A stretch of DNA of 28,671 bases, from assembly GCA_030141605.1 (NCBI GenBank), contig JAQGDQ010001702.1:1-28671 (forward strand), in the 5' to 3' direction. Below, piece by piece: positions 1 through 12,958 of this stretch; position 1 is the stretch's first letter, and each line of letters begins with the position of its first letter. The notes under the pieces are model-generated. The model was not told where the DNA came from. It ran no database searches and saw only the letters and a program-made list of their open reading frames with translations. This stretch comes from Tubiluchus corallicola (taxonomy: Eukaryota > Animalia > Priapulida). The position numbers and the translations under genes are program-made.

Positions 1-1595
<1,595 letters not shown>

Positions 1596-1641
1596 AATTA
1601 TTAATATTATTTATAAATTAAAATGTCTTACAAATATTCAG

Positions 1642-1784
1642 AATGTCTGCCACGCGCCAGGCCACCTGATTGGCTGTTCATATACAAAATCTTTGGTGTT
1701 TACTTCATCATGTGGACTCTGCTGTATTTTCAAGCCTTCGGACTCCGTCTTCGTCGAGTCATAGCTGCATTTTTCTACAGAAAG
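1642..1784 (+). CDS. DCST1: DCST1 (DC-STAMP domain-containing protein 1) internal coding exon, last transmembrane segment
   Basis: Acceptor tattcag| at 1641 and donor AAG|gtaaaa at 1785. Translates CLPRARPPDWLFIYKIFGVYFIMWTLLYFQAFGLRLRRVIAAFFYRK, which matches the DCST1 motif CLP...QAFGYRLRRVIAAFYFPK as I recall it. Ends in phase 0, compatible with the next exon. Confidence 0.93.
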
Positions 1785-2737
1785 GTAAAAATTTGTTTAT
1801 TTTAAATGCTTTTTGGCACTCGGTGGCAGGGTGATACACCCACCCATGGTTGAGAATTAGTTGAGGAGTTGTTTTTGTGTAGCAGTATGAATAAATTGTA
1901 GAGATGATTTTCTAGGAGTTTTGTAATTCAGTTTTGTTATGACTTGGATTGCAGTAGTTGTAGAGTAGATATGCAGACAAACTGACATCTATGTAGACAA
2001 GCAGTCACGAAGGCTAACATATCTTCTGTATACAAATAAAACCTAACTAAACCAGTATTAAAACTATCGATTAACCATCCGCTCTCAGAACAGAAAAAGT
2101 GTTGTTTTACTTTGGCCGCTAAGACCAGAAAGGAACTACTCAGCTACCAGGGTTTACCTATTCATTCTCAAAACAGGATTGCTTTATCTCTGCCGTTAAG
2201 ACCATAATGTATCCATTCAGCAAACAGTTATTGCCCATTCATTCTCAGAACAGAATCAATGCTGCTTTAATAAGGCCTCTGAAATCATGAAGTAACTACT
2301 CAGTTATTCTTAACGATTACAATGTCAGTAATTTTGTTAATATAATAACTGCTTCGGTCTGTAGGTTAAAAATGACATGTTTCTTGCTGAGTGACCTACT
2401 AATTAATAAATTTTATAGTAATTGATGACAAATCTTTGTTTCACAGTAATTTTGATTGAGTATATTGGCACATTGTTGTGTCAACATATGTTGTTAATAG
2501 CATCTTCTAATGAAACATTAAAAATTTATGTAAGGTTTTGAGTTCGAAACGAGTCATTTGCAAATAAATCAACATTTTTTTTATTCTTGTACAGAAATTA
2601 CTCAAAATTCTTGCTACAAATTGATTTGATTGCAAGATTGTTTTAATGTCACTGATAAGGTCATGAATTAAAATAGTTTTACAACTTTCAAAGTGTAAAA
2701 TTTCATGTTGGTGCGCTTCAATAAGCCATTTCAGCCA

Positions 2738-2792
2738 TTGTTGTGTTGTTACTGTTGTTGATGTTGTTGTTGATGTTGATGTTGATGTTGAT

Positions 2793-2823
<31 letters not shown>

Positions 2824-2827
2824 GTGG

Positions 2828-2858
<31 letters not shown>

Positions 2859-2921
2859 GATGATGCTGCTACTGTTGTTGTTGTTGTCATTGTTGTTGCC
2901 ATTGTCGATGTTGTTGTTGTT

Positions 2922-2984
<63 letters not shown>

Positions 2985-3274
2985 TTTGCCGTTGTCGATG
3001 TCGCTGTTGCTGTTGTTGATGTTAATGTTCATGTTGTTGTTGTTGTTGCTGCTGCTGCTGCTGCTGTTGTTGTTGTTGTTGTCATTGTTGTTGCCATTGT
3101 CGATGTTGTTGTTGTTGTTGTTGTTGTCGCTGTCACTGTCGCTGTTGCTGTTCCTGCTTTTGATGTTGTTGTTGTTGCTGTCACTGTTGTTGTCGCCGTC
3201 ACTGTCGCTGTTGCTGTTCCTGCTTTTGATGTTGTTGTCGCCGTCACTGTCGCTGTTGCTGTTCCTGCTTTTGA

Positions 3275-3330
<56 letters not shown>

Positions 3331-3389
3331 GCTGCTACTGCGGCTGTTGTTGTTGTTGTTATTGTTGCTGTTGTTGTTGCTGCTGCTGC

Positions 3390-3488
<99 letters not shown>

Positions 3489-3492
3489 CATT
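2738..3492. repeat. Compound (GTT)n/(GTTGCC)n microsatellite sharing a ~400-bp complex block with 190-590
   Basis: The same ordered interruptions (GCCTTTGCCGTTGTCGATGTCGCTG...GTTAATGTTCATG...GTTCCTGCTTTTGATG) appear as in the first array. Confidence 0.95.
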
Positions 3493-3875
3493 GTTTATCT
3501 TTGAAAACTACCACAGGCCACAGTTTTCATAGTGCAAAATGGCTAAAATTCTTTCACTTTCCCAATCGGGCCAGAAGTATGCTTGTTAAATTACACACAC
3601 CCCTTAAATGGATCTGTCCTGTACATTGCTATGTGGGGTGTTTCTTTCATTCTAATGAATTAATGGATCTGCCTTAAAATGCGTATTCCATTTTTTTACG
3701 AAAAACGGATTCCATGGCAATAGTAAACGCTTCCAGTGATTTCTTTACGGAAACCATTAACTCATTAACTTCATGAGAAATGAGCATATGGGGCGGGGCG
3801 GGGCGGGGCGTATCCAAGCACATCAGTGCTCCCATTCTAGTTATTAGCCAGCACAACTTTTTGTCCATGTTTTAG

Positions 3876-3989
3876 AGGGAAAAACACAGAGTTCTTCATT
3901 TATACAACGAGTCTTTAAAGAAAAGAGACGGTTTGTTGCGTCACCTCCGACACGAAGTGCGACGAGAAGCAAAAGAAAGACATTTATAT
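3876..3989 (+). CDS. DCST1: DCST1 penultimate coding exon
   Basis: Acceptor tgttttag| at 3875 and donor |gtaagt at 3990; 114 bp, phase 0 to phase 0. Translates REKHRVLHLYNESLKKRDGLLRHLRHEVRREAKERHLY, matching DCST1 REKKRILFLYNDLLKKR. Not in the ORF track. Confidence 0.93.
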
Positions 3990-4039
3990 GTAAGTCATAA
4001 AGAATTTAAGTACATTCGGACGACAAAATTTGGCAAGAT

Positions 4040-4306
4040 TGGAACCTAGCTCGTTATCAATGTTGACCTAAGATGAGCCACTGAACCAGTAGAGGTGTGT
4101 CACCATAACTGGGTAATACTCATATCAGCCTTGTTCTAACGCACATGCATCTTTCCTCCGACGAGAAAAACAGCCAGAATCGGCATGGCAAATAAAATAC
4201 CCCAGAGCGAGCATAGAAACCAAGTACGCACCCATTTACTGACCTGTCTCGGCGTGGTTTAACTTTGGTCGCGAAACACATTCTGTGACCACTCGGCCAT
4301 GTAGCA
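4040..4306 (-). mobile_element. Possible degenerate SINE with a composite tRNA-A-box plus 5S-like head
   Basis: The minus strand has TGGCCGAGTGGT (4299-4288, tRNA A-box-like), then ACCAAAGTTAAACCACGCCGAGACAGGTCAGTA, 24/33 identical to the 5S segment at ~27941-27973, then ATGGGTG. The 3' boundary is a guess. Confidence 0.4.
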
Positions 4307-4789
4307 TTTATATTCAAAATACCTTCAAAAAGCAGGAAACACGGGATTTATATTGTTAAACAATGTCTTATCTTTTACTGACGCAACGAAAAACCTTTAA
4401 ACCACCAACACAAACACTTTGTGGAGGGAGCTTTATTATAAACGCATTGATTAGTTCGTAAACTTCGGTAACTTCTATCTGTTTATAGCACCTTTAAAAA
4501 AACAACAGAAATTTGCCATATTCTCTAGTCTCGTAAAACTTGCCGTTTCGGTTGCCTTCGCGGCTCAAAGATCTAGCGTTGATAATAATTCATTCAGGTT
4601 TTGGTCCCTCCACAACGTCTACGTTAACCAAACGCTGTACAGTTGACGAATGCTGGCTTCACGTTTACAACGTTTCGAAGTGCATATAAACAGTGGCTTT
4701 TGCCCAAACGTTACTGACATTTATTATTATTTTTTATTATTTTTATTTATTTATTTATTTTTTATTAAGTTTTTATTTTTCTCTATCAG

Positions 4790-5050
4790 AGAAGTGTGAG
4801 TATACTGGTGTCGCTGAGGTACCGTTTCCCTCGACTATGCTGCTGTCTCAAGCTGTTAGGTCTTGGTAAAAAGAGGTGTTTGGTGTGCAATGAAACGGAA
4901 CGCAAGGACTCACACCACTGTGAAACGAAAGGTTGTAATTTCGTCTACTGTGCAGAGTGCTGGGCTGACGTCAAGGAACGATGTTACGCTTGTAGAGACC
5001 CTGACGAACGACTGACTGATGAATCTACTTTAACTGAATATAGTGATTAG
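4790..5050 (+). CDS. DCST1: DCST1 terminal coding exon with C-terminal C4C4 RING-like zinc finger
   Basis: T-rich tract and ctatcag| acceptor at 4789, phase 0. Translates RSVSILVSLRYRFPRLCCCLKLLGLGKKR-CLVC...CETKGC..YCAECWADVKERCYAC...EYSD, ending at TAG 5048-5050. The 8-Cys spacing is as in DCST1/sneaky/SPE-42. Confidence 0.95.
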   Translation, partial: RSVSILVSLRYRFPRLCCCLKLLGLGKKRCLVCNETERKDSHHCETKGCNFVYCAECWADVKERCYACRDPDERLTDESTLTEYSD

Positions 5051-5605
5051 TGTTATTCAGTTGTTGAACCTACCTTGACTGAAAATAGTGATTAGTGTTA
5101 TTCTGTTGTTAAACCTACTTTAACTGAATACAGTGATTAGTGTTATTCAGTTGTTGAACCTACCTTCACTGAATATAGTGATTCGTGTTATTCAGTTGTT
5201 GAACCTATCTTGCCTGAATATAGTGATTAGTGTTATTCTGTTGTTAAACCTACTTTAACTAAATACAGTGATTAGTGTTATTCAGTTGTTGAACCTACCG
5301 TGACTGAATATAGTGATGAGTGTTATTCTGTTGTTGAACCTACTTTAACTGAAAATAGTGATTAGTGTTATTCTGTTGTTGAACCTATCTTCACTGAATA
5401 CAGTGGTTAATGTTATTCAGTTGTTGAACCTACTTTGACTGAATACAGTGATTACTGTTATTCAGTTGTTGAACTTACCTTGACTGAATATAGTGATTAG
5501 TGTTATTCAGTTGCTGAAATTATTTGGACTAAATACAGCAATTAGTATCATTCAATTATTGGATCCAGTTTGCCTGAATACAGCGATTAGTATTATTCAG
5601 TATTG
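5021..5605 (+). repeat. 45-bp minisatellite, ~13 copies, overlapping the DCST1 stop codon and 3' UTR
   Basis: Consensus ACTTTAACTGAATATAGTGATTAGTGTTATTCAGTTGTTGAACCT. The period is exactly 45 bp from 5048 to 5588 with no indels. Confidence 0.96.
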
Positions 5606-5687
5606 CGTTTTCCTTAAAGAATAAGTGTGTCCTTTTTGCTTGTTATTAGAAACACAAAATTTTGTAAACAACTGGTAAACAATGACA

Positions 5688-5693
5688 AATAAA
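5688..5693 (+). terminator. Candidate polyadenylation signal for DCST1
   Basis: First AATAAA after the stop codon and the 3' UTR array. The context is AT-rich, so chance occurrence is possible. Confidence 0.35.
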
Positions 5694-6012
5694 CACCGAA
5701 TCCAACAACTATAATCACTGGAAAATACAATGAAGTTTGTACTCTGATAAAACGCTTGACTTAATTAATATAATGATATTTATGCAATTATAAACAGAAA
5801 TCACTTTTATTTAAGAAAACTTAAATATAGTTGATGTTCACATATCTTTAGTTAAACGCGTTTCCGTAGGGCGGAGTGTCATAAACTTTAAAGATTTCCC
5901 TTATTGTAAACATAAAGTCAAAATGCATTTGCACACAATTTACTTTCATCGTGTATAAAGGGTTATTTGATGATTATCTGAAACTGTTTAGTAACACAGG
6001 TTCGTTCTCTAA

Positions 6013-6510
6013 AGGCGCGTTCAGACTGGCTCTGCTACGAGTATTTTCAAAATGTGAGTTAGAATCATCTTGTGGAACCTACGTGTAGAGTTTTACAACG
6101 CGTTCACACTAGCGAGTTTTCCCTCTCAACTACTTTGCGAGTTACTGTCGGCAAGCTATTTTAAACTTGGTGAGTTAATTTCATGCGAGATGCGAGCTAC
6201 TGTCTAGTGTGAACAACTCGGCGAGTTACTTTCGACACTTCTCGCAGCGAATAGAGAATTGAGTGTCAGATCACGCTTACTGTCGGAGAGTAACTCACAG
6301 CAAGTTTTGCTCCCTAGTCTGAACACACTTGCGAGTTACTGTCTAGTGTGAACGCCTCGTCGAATTACTCTCGATATTTCTTGCAGTGAATAGAGAAGTG
6401 AGTGTCAGCTCGCGCTTACTGTCGGAGAGTAACTCACAGCAAGTGTTGCTCTCTATTCTGAACACGGTTGGTGAGTTACTTGGCGAGTAACTCGTTGTCT
6501 GAACGCGCCC
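6013..6510. mobile_element. Non-autonomous PIF/Harbinger-type MITE
   Basis: 14-bp TIRs AGGCGCGTTCAGAC / GTCTGAACGCGCCC (1 mismatch), flanked by TAA at 6010-6012 and 6511-6513, the Harbinger TWA TSD. It has an internal ~139-bp tandem duplication, repeated GCGAGTTACT motifs and no transposase. Confidence 0.85.
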
Positions 6511-7326
6511 TAACTGGTGCTTCATCGTGTTGCAACTTAGCAGTTGCTCGATGAATGTTGCTGCAAGTATGCAACTGACATAAAGGTTTCAATGTTTTAC
6601 GTAAATGGCTTCTGTGATGTTGCAATCTCCTTCCGTTTGCATTTTCACTGTGAAATTTCGAATAAACTTTACAACCATAAAATGTCATTTCACAACAGAG
6701 ATGGACATACATCGCCCCGTGCTCATTTGTAGTTTAAATAACATTGGTCTATCTTTTATGACATCTTTAATAATTTGCTGTTCGAGTCAGTCATGCGTGA
6801 CTTCTCGGTGGACTTATAAACATGTAAATTGCATTGAAAAGAAAGCAAGTAATCTTCTTGTCTCAATGGAAATTCAGACATTTTTTCTGGGTTTATCTGG
6901 AAAATATAAATTGAGTCTGTTTAGTGAGAACGTCTCTCTTCTGGCTTCATTGGCTCGCTTGACGCTAGTGTGACCGAAGGATTTGTGTGGCTTCTTATGA
7001 AATTACGTAGCTTATTTTAACACTTGTAACGTTAAAGGCAGAGGCAAACCATCTAGGAGGTTAGGCTTATTTTAATGGTCACGAAAGGTGTTAGAAGGGT
7101 TCAGTAATAAAACTCCAATAAGCGCCTCGTGTAATTAGTAAAATCACTTTAAAGTCGCGATCACTTCATGCTTGGGCGCTCCCATTTTCAACGCCCATCC
7201 TTCTTCCAATGACGTCATTCACCTTGAAGAAAAGCAGCGCACTGTCAATCTTCTTCAAAAGTATTACAAGTTTTTACAAAAGATGGATATCTAACTTTGT
7301 AATATTTTCTCATGAACTCTAGGCAA

Positions 7327-8318
7327 GCTGCAGAAGTTTGAATTAGTTTAAACAGCGCGGGCTTACAGAAAGCCACCAGGTGCTCACGAAAAGTCAGGAA
7401 GTCTCCCAGTTACGTCATGAAGCAGCAGAAGTTTGAATTAGTTTAAACAGCGCGGGCTTACAGAAAGCCACCAGGCGCTCACGAAAAGTCAGGAAGTCTC
7501 CCAGTTACGTCATAAAGCAGCAGAAGTTTGAATTGGTTTAAACAGTGCGTGCTTACGGAAAACCACGACGCGCTCACGAAAAGTCAGGAAGTCTCCCAGT
7601 TAGGTCATGAAGCAGCAGAAGTTTGAATTAGTTTAAACAGCACGTGCTTACGGAAAGCCATCACGTGCTCACGAAAAGTCACGAAGTCTCCCAGTTACGT
7701 CATGAAGCGGCAGAAGTTTAAATTAGTTTAAACAGCGCGTGCTTACAGAAAGCCACGACGCGCTCACGAAAAGTCACGAAGTCTCCCAGTTACGTCAAGA
7801 AGCAGCAGAAGTTTGAATTAGTTTAAACAGCGCGCGCTTACGGAAAGCCACGATGCGCTCACGAAAAGTCACGAAGTCTCCCAGTTACGTCATGAAGCGG
7901 CAGAAGTTTAAATTAGTTTAAACAGCGCGTGCTTACAGAAAGCCACGACGCGCTCACGAAAAGTCACGAAGTCTCCCAGTTACGTCAAGAAGCAGCAGAA
8001 GTTTGAATTAGTTTAAACAGCACGTGCTTACGGAAAACCACGACGCGCTCACGAAAAGTCACGAAGTCTCCCAGTTACGTCATGAAGCGGCAGAAGTTTA
8101 AATTAGTTTAAACAGTGCGTGCTTACAGAAAGCCACGACGCGCTCACGAAAAGTCACGAAGTCTCCCAGTTACGTCTAGAAGCAGCAGAAGTTTGAATTA
8201 GTTTAAACAGCGCGCGCTTACGGAAAGCCACGATGCGCTCACGAAAAGTCACGAAGTCTCCCAGTTACGTCATGAAGTAGCAGAAGTTTGAATTAGTTTA
8301 AACAGCGCATGCTTACGT
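7327..8318. repeat. 95-bp tandem repeat, ~10.5 copies
   Basis: CAGAAGTTT recurs at 7331, 7426, 7521 ... 8281. Unit: GCAGAAGTTTGAATTAGTTTAAACAGCGCGTGCTTACAGAAAGCCACGACGCGCTCACGAAAAGTCACGAAGTCTCCCAGTTACGTCATGAAGCA. Confidence 0.97.
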
Positions 8319-8329
8319 ATAATTAGTAT

Positions 8330-11300
8330 CATAGACAATGTTTTAGTTGTGTTTCACTTACAAGCTACAAACATGCAACATAGATAAGACAATGTTTAGT
8401 TGTGTTTCACTTACAAACTACAAACATACAACATAGATAAGACAATGTTTAGTTGTGTTTCACTTACAAACTACAAACATGCAACATAGATAAGGCAATG
8501 TTTAGTTGTGTTTCACTTACAAACTACAAACATGCAACATAGATAAGACAATGTTTAGTTGTGTTTCACTTACAAACTACAAAAATGCAGCTTAGGTAAG
8601 ACAACGTTTAGTTGTGTTTCACTTACAAACTACAAACATGCAACATAGATAAGACAATGTTTAGTTGTGTTTCACTTACAAACTACAAAAATGCAGCTTA
8701 GGTAAGGCATGTTTTAGTTGTGTTTCACTTACAAACTACAAACATGCAACTTAGGTAAGACAATGTTTAGTTGTGTTTCACTTACAAACTACAAACATGC
8801 AACATAGATAAGACAATGTTTTAGTTGTGTTTCACTTACAAACTACAAACATGCAACTTAGGTAAGACAATGTTTAGTTGTGTTTCACTTACAAACTACA
8901 AAAATGCAGCTTAGGTAAGACAACGTTTAGTTGTGTTTCACTTACAAACTACAAACATGCAACATAGATAAGACAATGTTTAGTTGTGTTTCACTTACAA
9001 ACTACAAAAATGCAGCTTAGGTAAGGCATGTTTTAGTTGTGTTTCACTTACAAACTACAAAAATGCAACATAGATAAGACAATGTTTTAGTTGTGTTTCA
9101 CTTACAAACTACAAACATGCAACATAGATAAGACAATGTTTTAGTTGTGTTTCACTTACAAACTACAAAAATGCAGCTTAGGTAAGACAACGTTTAGTTG
9201 TGTTTCACTTACAAACTACAAACATGCAACATAGATAAGACAATGTTTAGTTGTGTTTCACTTACAAACTACAAACATGCAACATAGATAAGACAATGTT
9301 TATTTGTGTTTCACTTACAAACTACAAACATGCAACATAGATAAAACAATGTTTTAGTTGTGTTTCACTTACAAACTACAAACATGCAACTTAGGTAAGA
9401 CAATGTTTAGTTGTGTTTCACTTACAAACTACAAACATGCAACTTAGGTAAGACAACGTTTAGTTGTGTTTCACTTACAAACTACAAACATGCAACATAG
9501 ATAAGACAATGTTTAGTTGTGTTTCACTTACAAACTACAAAAATGCAGCTTAGGTAAGGCATGTTTTAGTTGTGTTTCACTTACAAACTACAAAAATGCA
9601 ACATAGATAAGACAATGTTTTAGTTGTGTTTCACTTACAAACTACAAACATGCAACATAGATAAGACAATGTTTTAGTTGTGTTTCACTTACAAACTACA
9701 AAAATGCAGCTTAGGTAAGACAACGTTTAGTTGTGTTTCACTTACAAACTACAAACATGCAACATAGATAAGACAATGTTTAGTTGTGTTTCACTTACAA
9801 ACTACAAACATGCAACATAGATAAGACAATGTTTATTTGTGTTTCACTTACAAACTACAAACATGCAGCTTAGGTAAGACAATGTTTTAATTGTGTTTCA
9901 CTTACAAACTACAAAAATGCAGCTTAGGTAAGGCATGTTTTAGTTGTGTTTCACTTACAAACTACAAACATGCAACATAGATAAGAGAATGTTTTAGTTG
10001 TGTTTCACTTACAAACTACAAAAATGCAGCTTAGGTAAGGCATGTTTTAGTTGTGTTTCACTTACAAACTACAAACATGCAACTTAGGTAAGACAATGTT
10101 TAGTTGTGTTTCACTTACAAACTACAAAAATGCAGCTTAGGTAAGACAACGTTTAGTTGTGTTTCACTTACAAACTACGAACATGCAACATAGATAAGAC
10201 AATGTTTAGTTGTGTTTCACTTACAAACTACAAACATGCAACATAGATAAGGCATGTTTTAGTTGTGTTTCACTTACAAACTACAAACATGCAACTTAGG
10301 TAAGACAATGTTTAGTTGTGTTTCACTTACAAACTACAAAAATGCAGCTTAGGTAAGACAACGTTTATTTGTGTTTCACTTACAAACTACGAACATGCAA
10401 CATAGATAAGACAATGTTTAGTTGTGTTTCACTTACAAACTACAAACATGCAACATAGATAAGACAATGTTTATTTGTGTTTCACTTACAAACTACAAAC
10501 ATGCAACATAGATAAGACAATGTTTTAGTTGTGTTTCACTTACAAACTACAAACATGTAACATAGATAAGACAATGTTTAGTTGTGTTTCACTTACACAC
10601 TAAAACATGCAACATAGATAAGACAATGTTTTAGTTGTGTTTCACTTACAAACTACAAACATGCAACATAGATAAGACAATGTTTTAGTTGTGTTTCACT
10701 TACAAACTACAAACATGCAACATAGATAAGACAATGTTTAGTTGTGTTTCACTTACAAACTACAAACATGCAACATAGATAAGACAATGTTTATTTGTGT
10801 TTCACTTACAAACTACAAACATGCAACATAGATAAGACAATGTTTTAGTTGTGTTTCACTTACAAACTACAAACATGTAACATAGATAAGACAATGTTTA
10901 TTTGTGTTTCACTTACACACTAAAACATGCAACATAGATAAGACAATGTTTTAGTTGTGTTTCACTTACAAACTACAGACATGCAACATAGATAAGACAA
11001 TGTTTTAGTTGTGTTTCACTTACAAACTACAAACATGCAACATAGATAAGACAATGTTTTAGTTGTGTTTCACTTACAAACTACAAACATGTAACATAGA
11101 TAAGACAATGTTTATTTGTGTTTCACTTACACACTAAAACATGCAACATAGATAAGACAATGTTTTAGTTGTGTTTCACTTACAAACTACAAACATGCAA
11201 CATAGATAAGACAATGTTTTAGTTGTGTTTCACTTACAAACTACAAACATGCAACATAGATAAGACAATGTTTTAGTTGTGTTTCACTTACAAACTACAA

Positions 11301-12080
11301 AAATGCAGCTTAGGTAAGACAATGTTTAGTTGTGTTTCACTTACAAACTACAAACATGCAACATAGATAAGACAATGTTTAGTTGTGTTTCACTTACAAA
11401 CTACAAACATGCAACATAGATAAGACAATGTTTATTTGTGTTTCACTTACAAACTACAAACATGCAACATAGATAAGACAATGTTTTAGTTGTGTTTCAC
11501 TTACAAACTACAAACATGTAACATAGATAAGACAATGTTTATTTGTGTTTCACTTACACACTAAAACATGCAACATAGATAAGACAATGTTTTAGTTGTG
11601 TTTCACTTACAAACTACAGACATGCAACATAGATAAGACAATGTTTTAGTTGTGTTTCACTTACAAACTACAAACATGCAACATAGATAAGACAATGTTT
11701 TAGTTGTGTTTCACTTACAAACTACAAACATGCAACATAGATAAGACAATGTTTTAGTTGTGTTTCACTTACAAACTACAAACATGCAACATAGATAAGA
11801 CAATGTTTTAGTTGTGTTTCACTTACAAACTACAAACATGCAACATAGATAAGACAATGTTTAGTTGTGTTTCACTTACAAACTACAAACATGCAACTTA
11901 GATAAGACAATGTTTAGTTGTGTTTCACTTACAAACTACAAACATGCAACATAGATAAGACAATGTTTAGTTGTGTTTCACTTACAAACTACAAACAAGC
12001 AATTTAGGAAAGACAATGTTTATTTGTGCTTCACTTACAAACTACAAACATGCAATTTAAGAACGATATATTAGTTGTCT
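8330..12080. repeat. 53/54-bp satellite array, ~70 copies
   Basis: Unit AGACAATGTTT(T)AGTTGTGTTTCACTTACAAACTACAAACATGCAACATAGATA. Units are contiguous with no unique spacers. Confidence 0.98.
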
Positions 12081-12656
12081 AAGTAATGTTTTAAATTTTG
12101 GTTTTATGTGGGTGCTAAAACAATGATGTATTAACGTATTTTCAAAACCTGTTCTCAACATTGTTTAATTTCATGTTGGACATTTTCAACCTGGAAATAC
12201 CTCATTAAGACAATCTGCAGACTCCTTGGAAAACCGCGGATAAACCAATTAGCGAAACGTAAACCCTGTTTCATCTGTTAATGTTTATCACCGCCGTTGT
12301 CATAGCAACGGCGACAAATTAGAAGTCTTGTCTAAATTCGATGTTTTGAAGATCGTGACTTCAACAAAATACGATCATTAAACTGAGATGAGGGTTTTAG
12401 TTTACTGAGCTCAATGGGGGATTGGGGATCAAGTTTGTGTATCACGTTCTGGGAAAAGCTCATTTTGTATAGCAACGACATCTCTTACACCAGGAGCAAA
12501 AAGGTGAGGTTCCGGGGCTCTAGCTTCCCGTGCATAGGAAATTTCTTGAGGCATTTACTACGTGAAGAAGATTTTTGCCATCTTCCTAGGTGTGCTTAGC
12601 TATAATTGAGTACCCTACCTAGTCCTAGGGAAGGAAAGTAGGCGAGCGTAGATTCT

Positions 12657-12658
<2 letters not shown>

Positions 12659-12742
<84 letters not shown>

Positions 12743-12878
12743 ACATTCTCTGTCGCTCTCTTCTCTCTTTCTCTTTCCTTCTTTCTCTCTCTCTCTTTCT
12801 CTCCTTCTCTCTCTCTTTCTTTCTCTCTAGCTTTCTCTCTCTCTTTCTCCGATTCTCTCTCTCTGATTCTCTCTCTCT

Positions 12879-12915
<37 letters not shown>

Positions 12916-12958
12916 TCTCTCTCTCCGATTCTCTCTCTCCTTCTCTCTCTGTCTCTCG
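12659..12958. repeat. (CT)n microsatellite
   Basis: Seen directly; pure at the left and degenerate at the right. Confidence 0.97.

Noticed and set aside
2075-2310. Three diverged ~80-bp units starting TCTCA(G/A)AACAG
   Set aside because: Probably a real old tandem repeat, but too decayed to delimit or interpret by eye.
5126-5145. Iron-responsive element (CAGTGA in the DCST1 3' UTR repeat)
   Set aside because: It lacks the 5-bp upper stem and correctly placed bulged C, and CAGTG is present in only some units.
6520-6973. Short ORFs next to the MITE as a transposase or extra exon
   Set aside because: No recognisable DDE or Myb motif; the frames are short and lie outside the TIRs.
7031-7320. 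TTAAAGG-starting Kolobok-like transposon end (similar sequence at ~26350)
   Set aside because: No matching second terminus was found in the window.
7327-12080. Regular arrays as CRISPR loci (also the 37-bp array and the triplicated cassette at 644-1480)
   Set aside because: Units are contiguous or separated by microsatellite, with no unique spacers. There are no cas genes and the context is a spliced eukaryotic locus.
12414-12640. Possible further minus-strand POPDC exons here and at ~14711-14776
   Set aside because: Splice-like signals exist, but there is no homology and no consistent phase chain; this needs RNA-seq.
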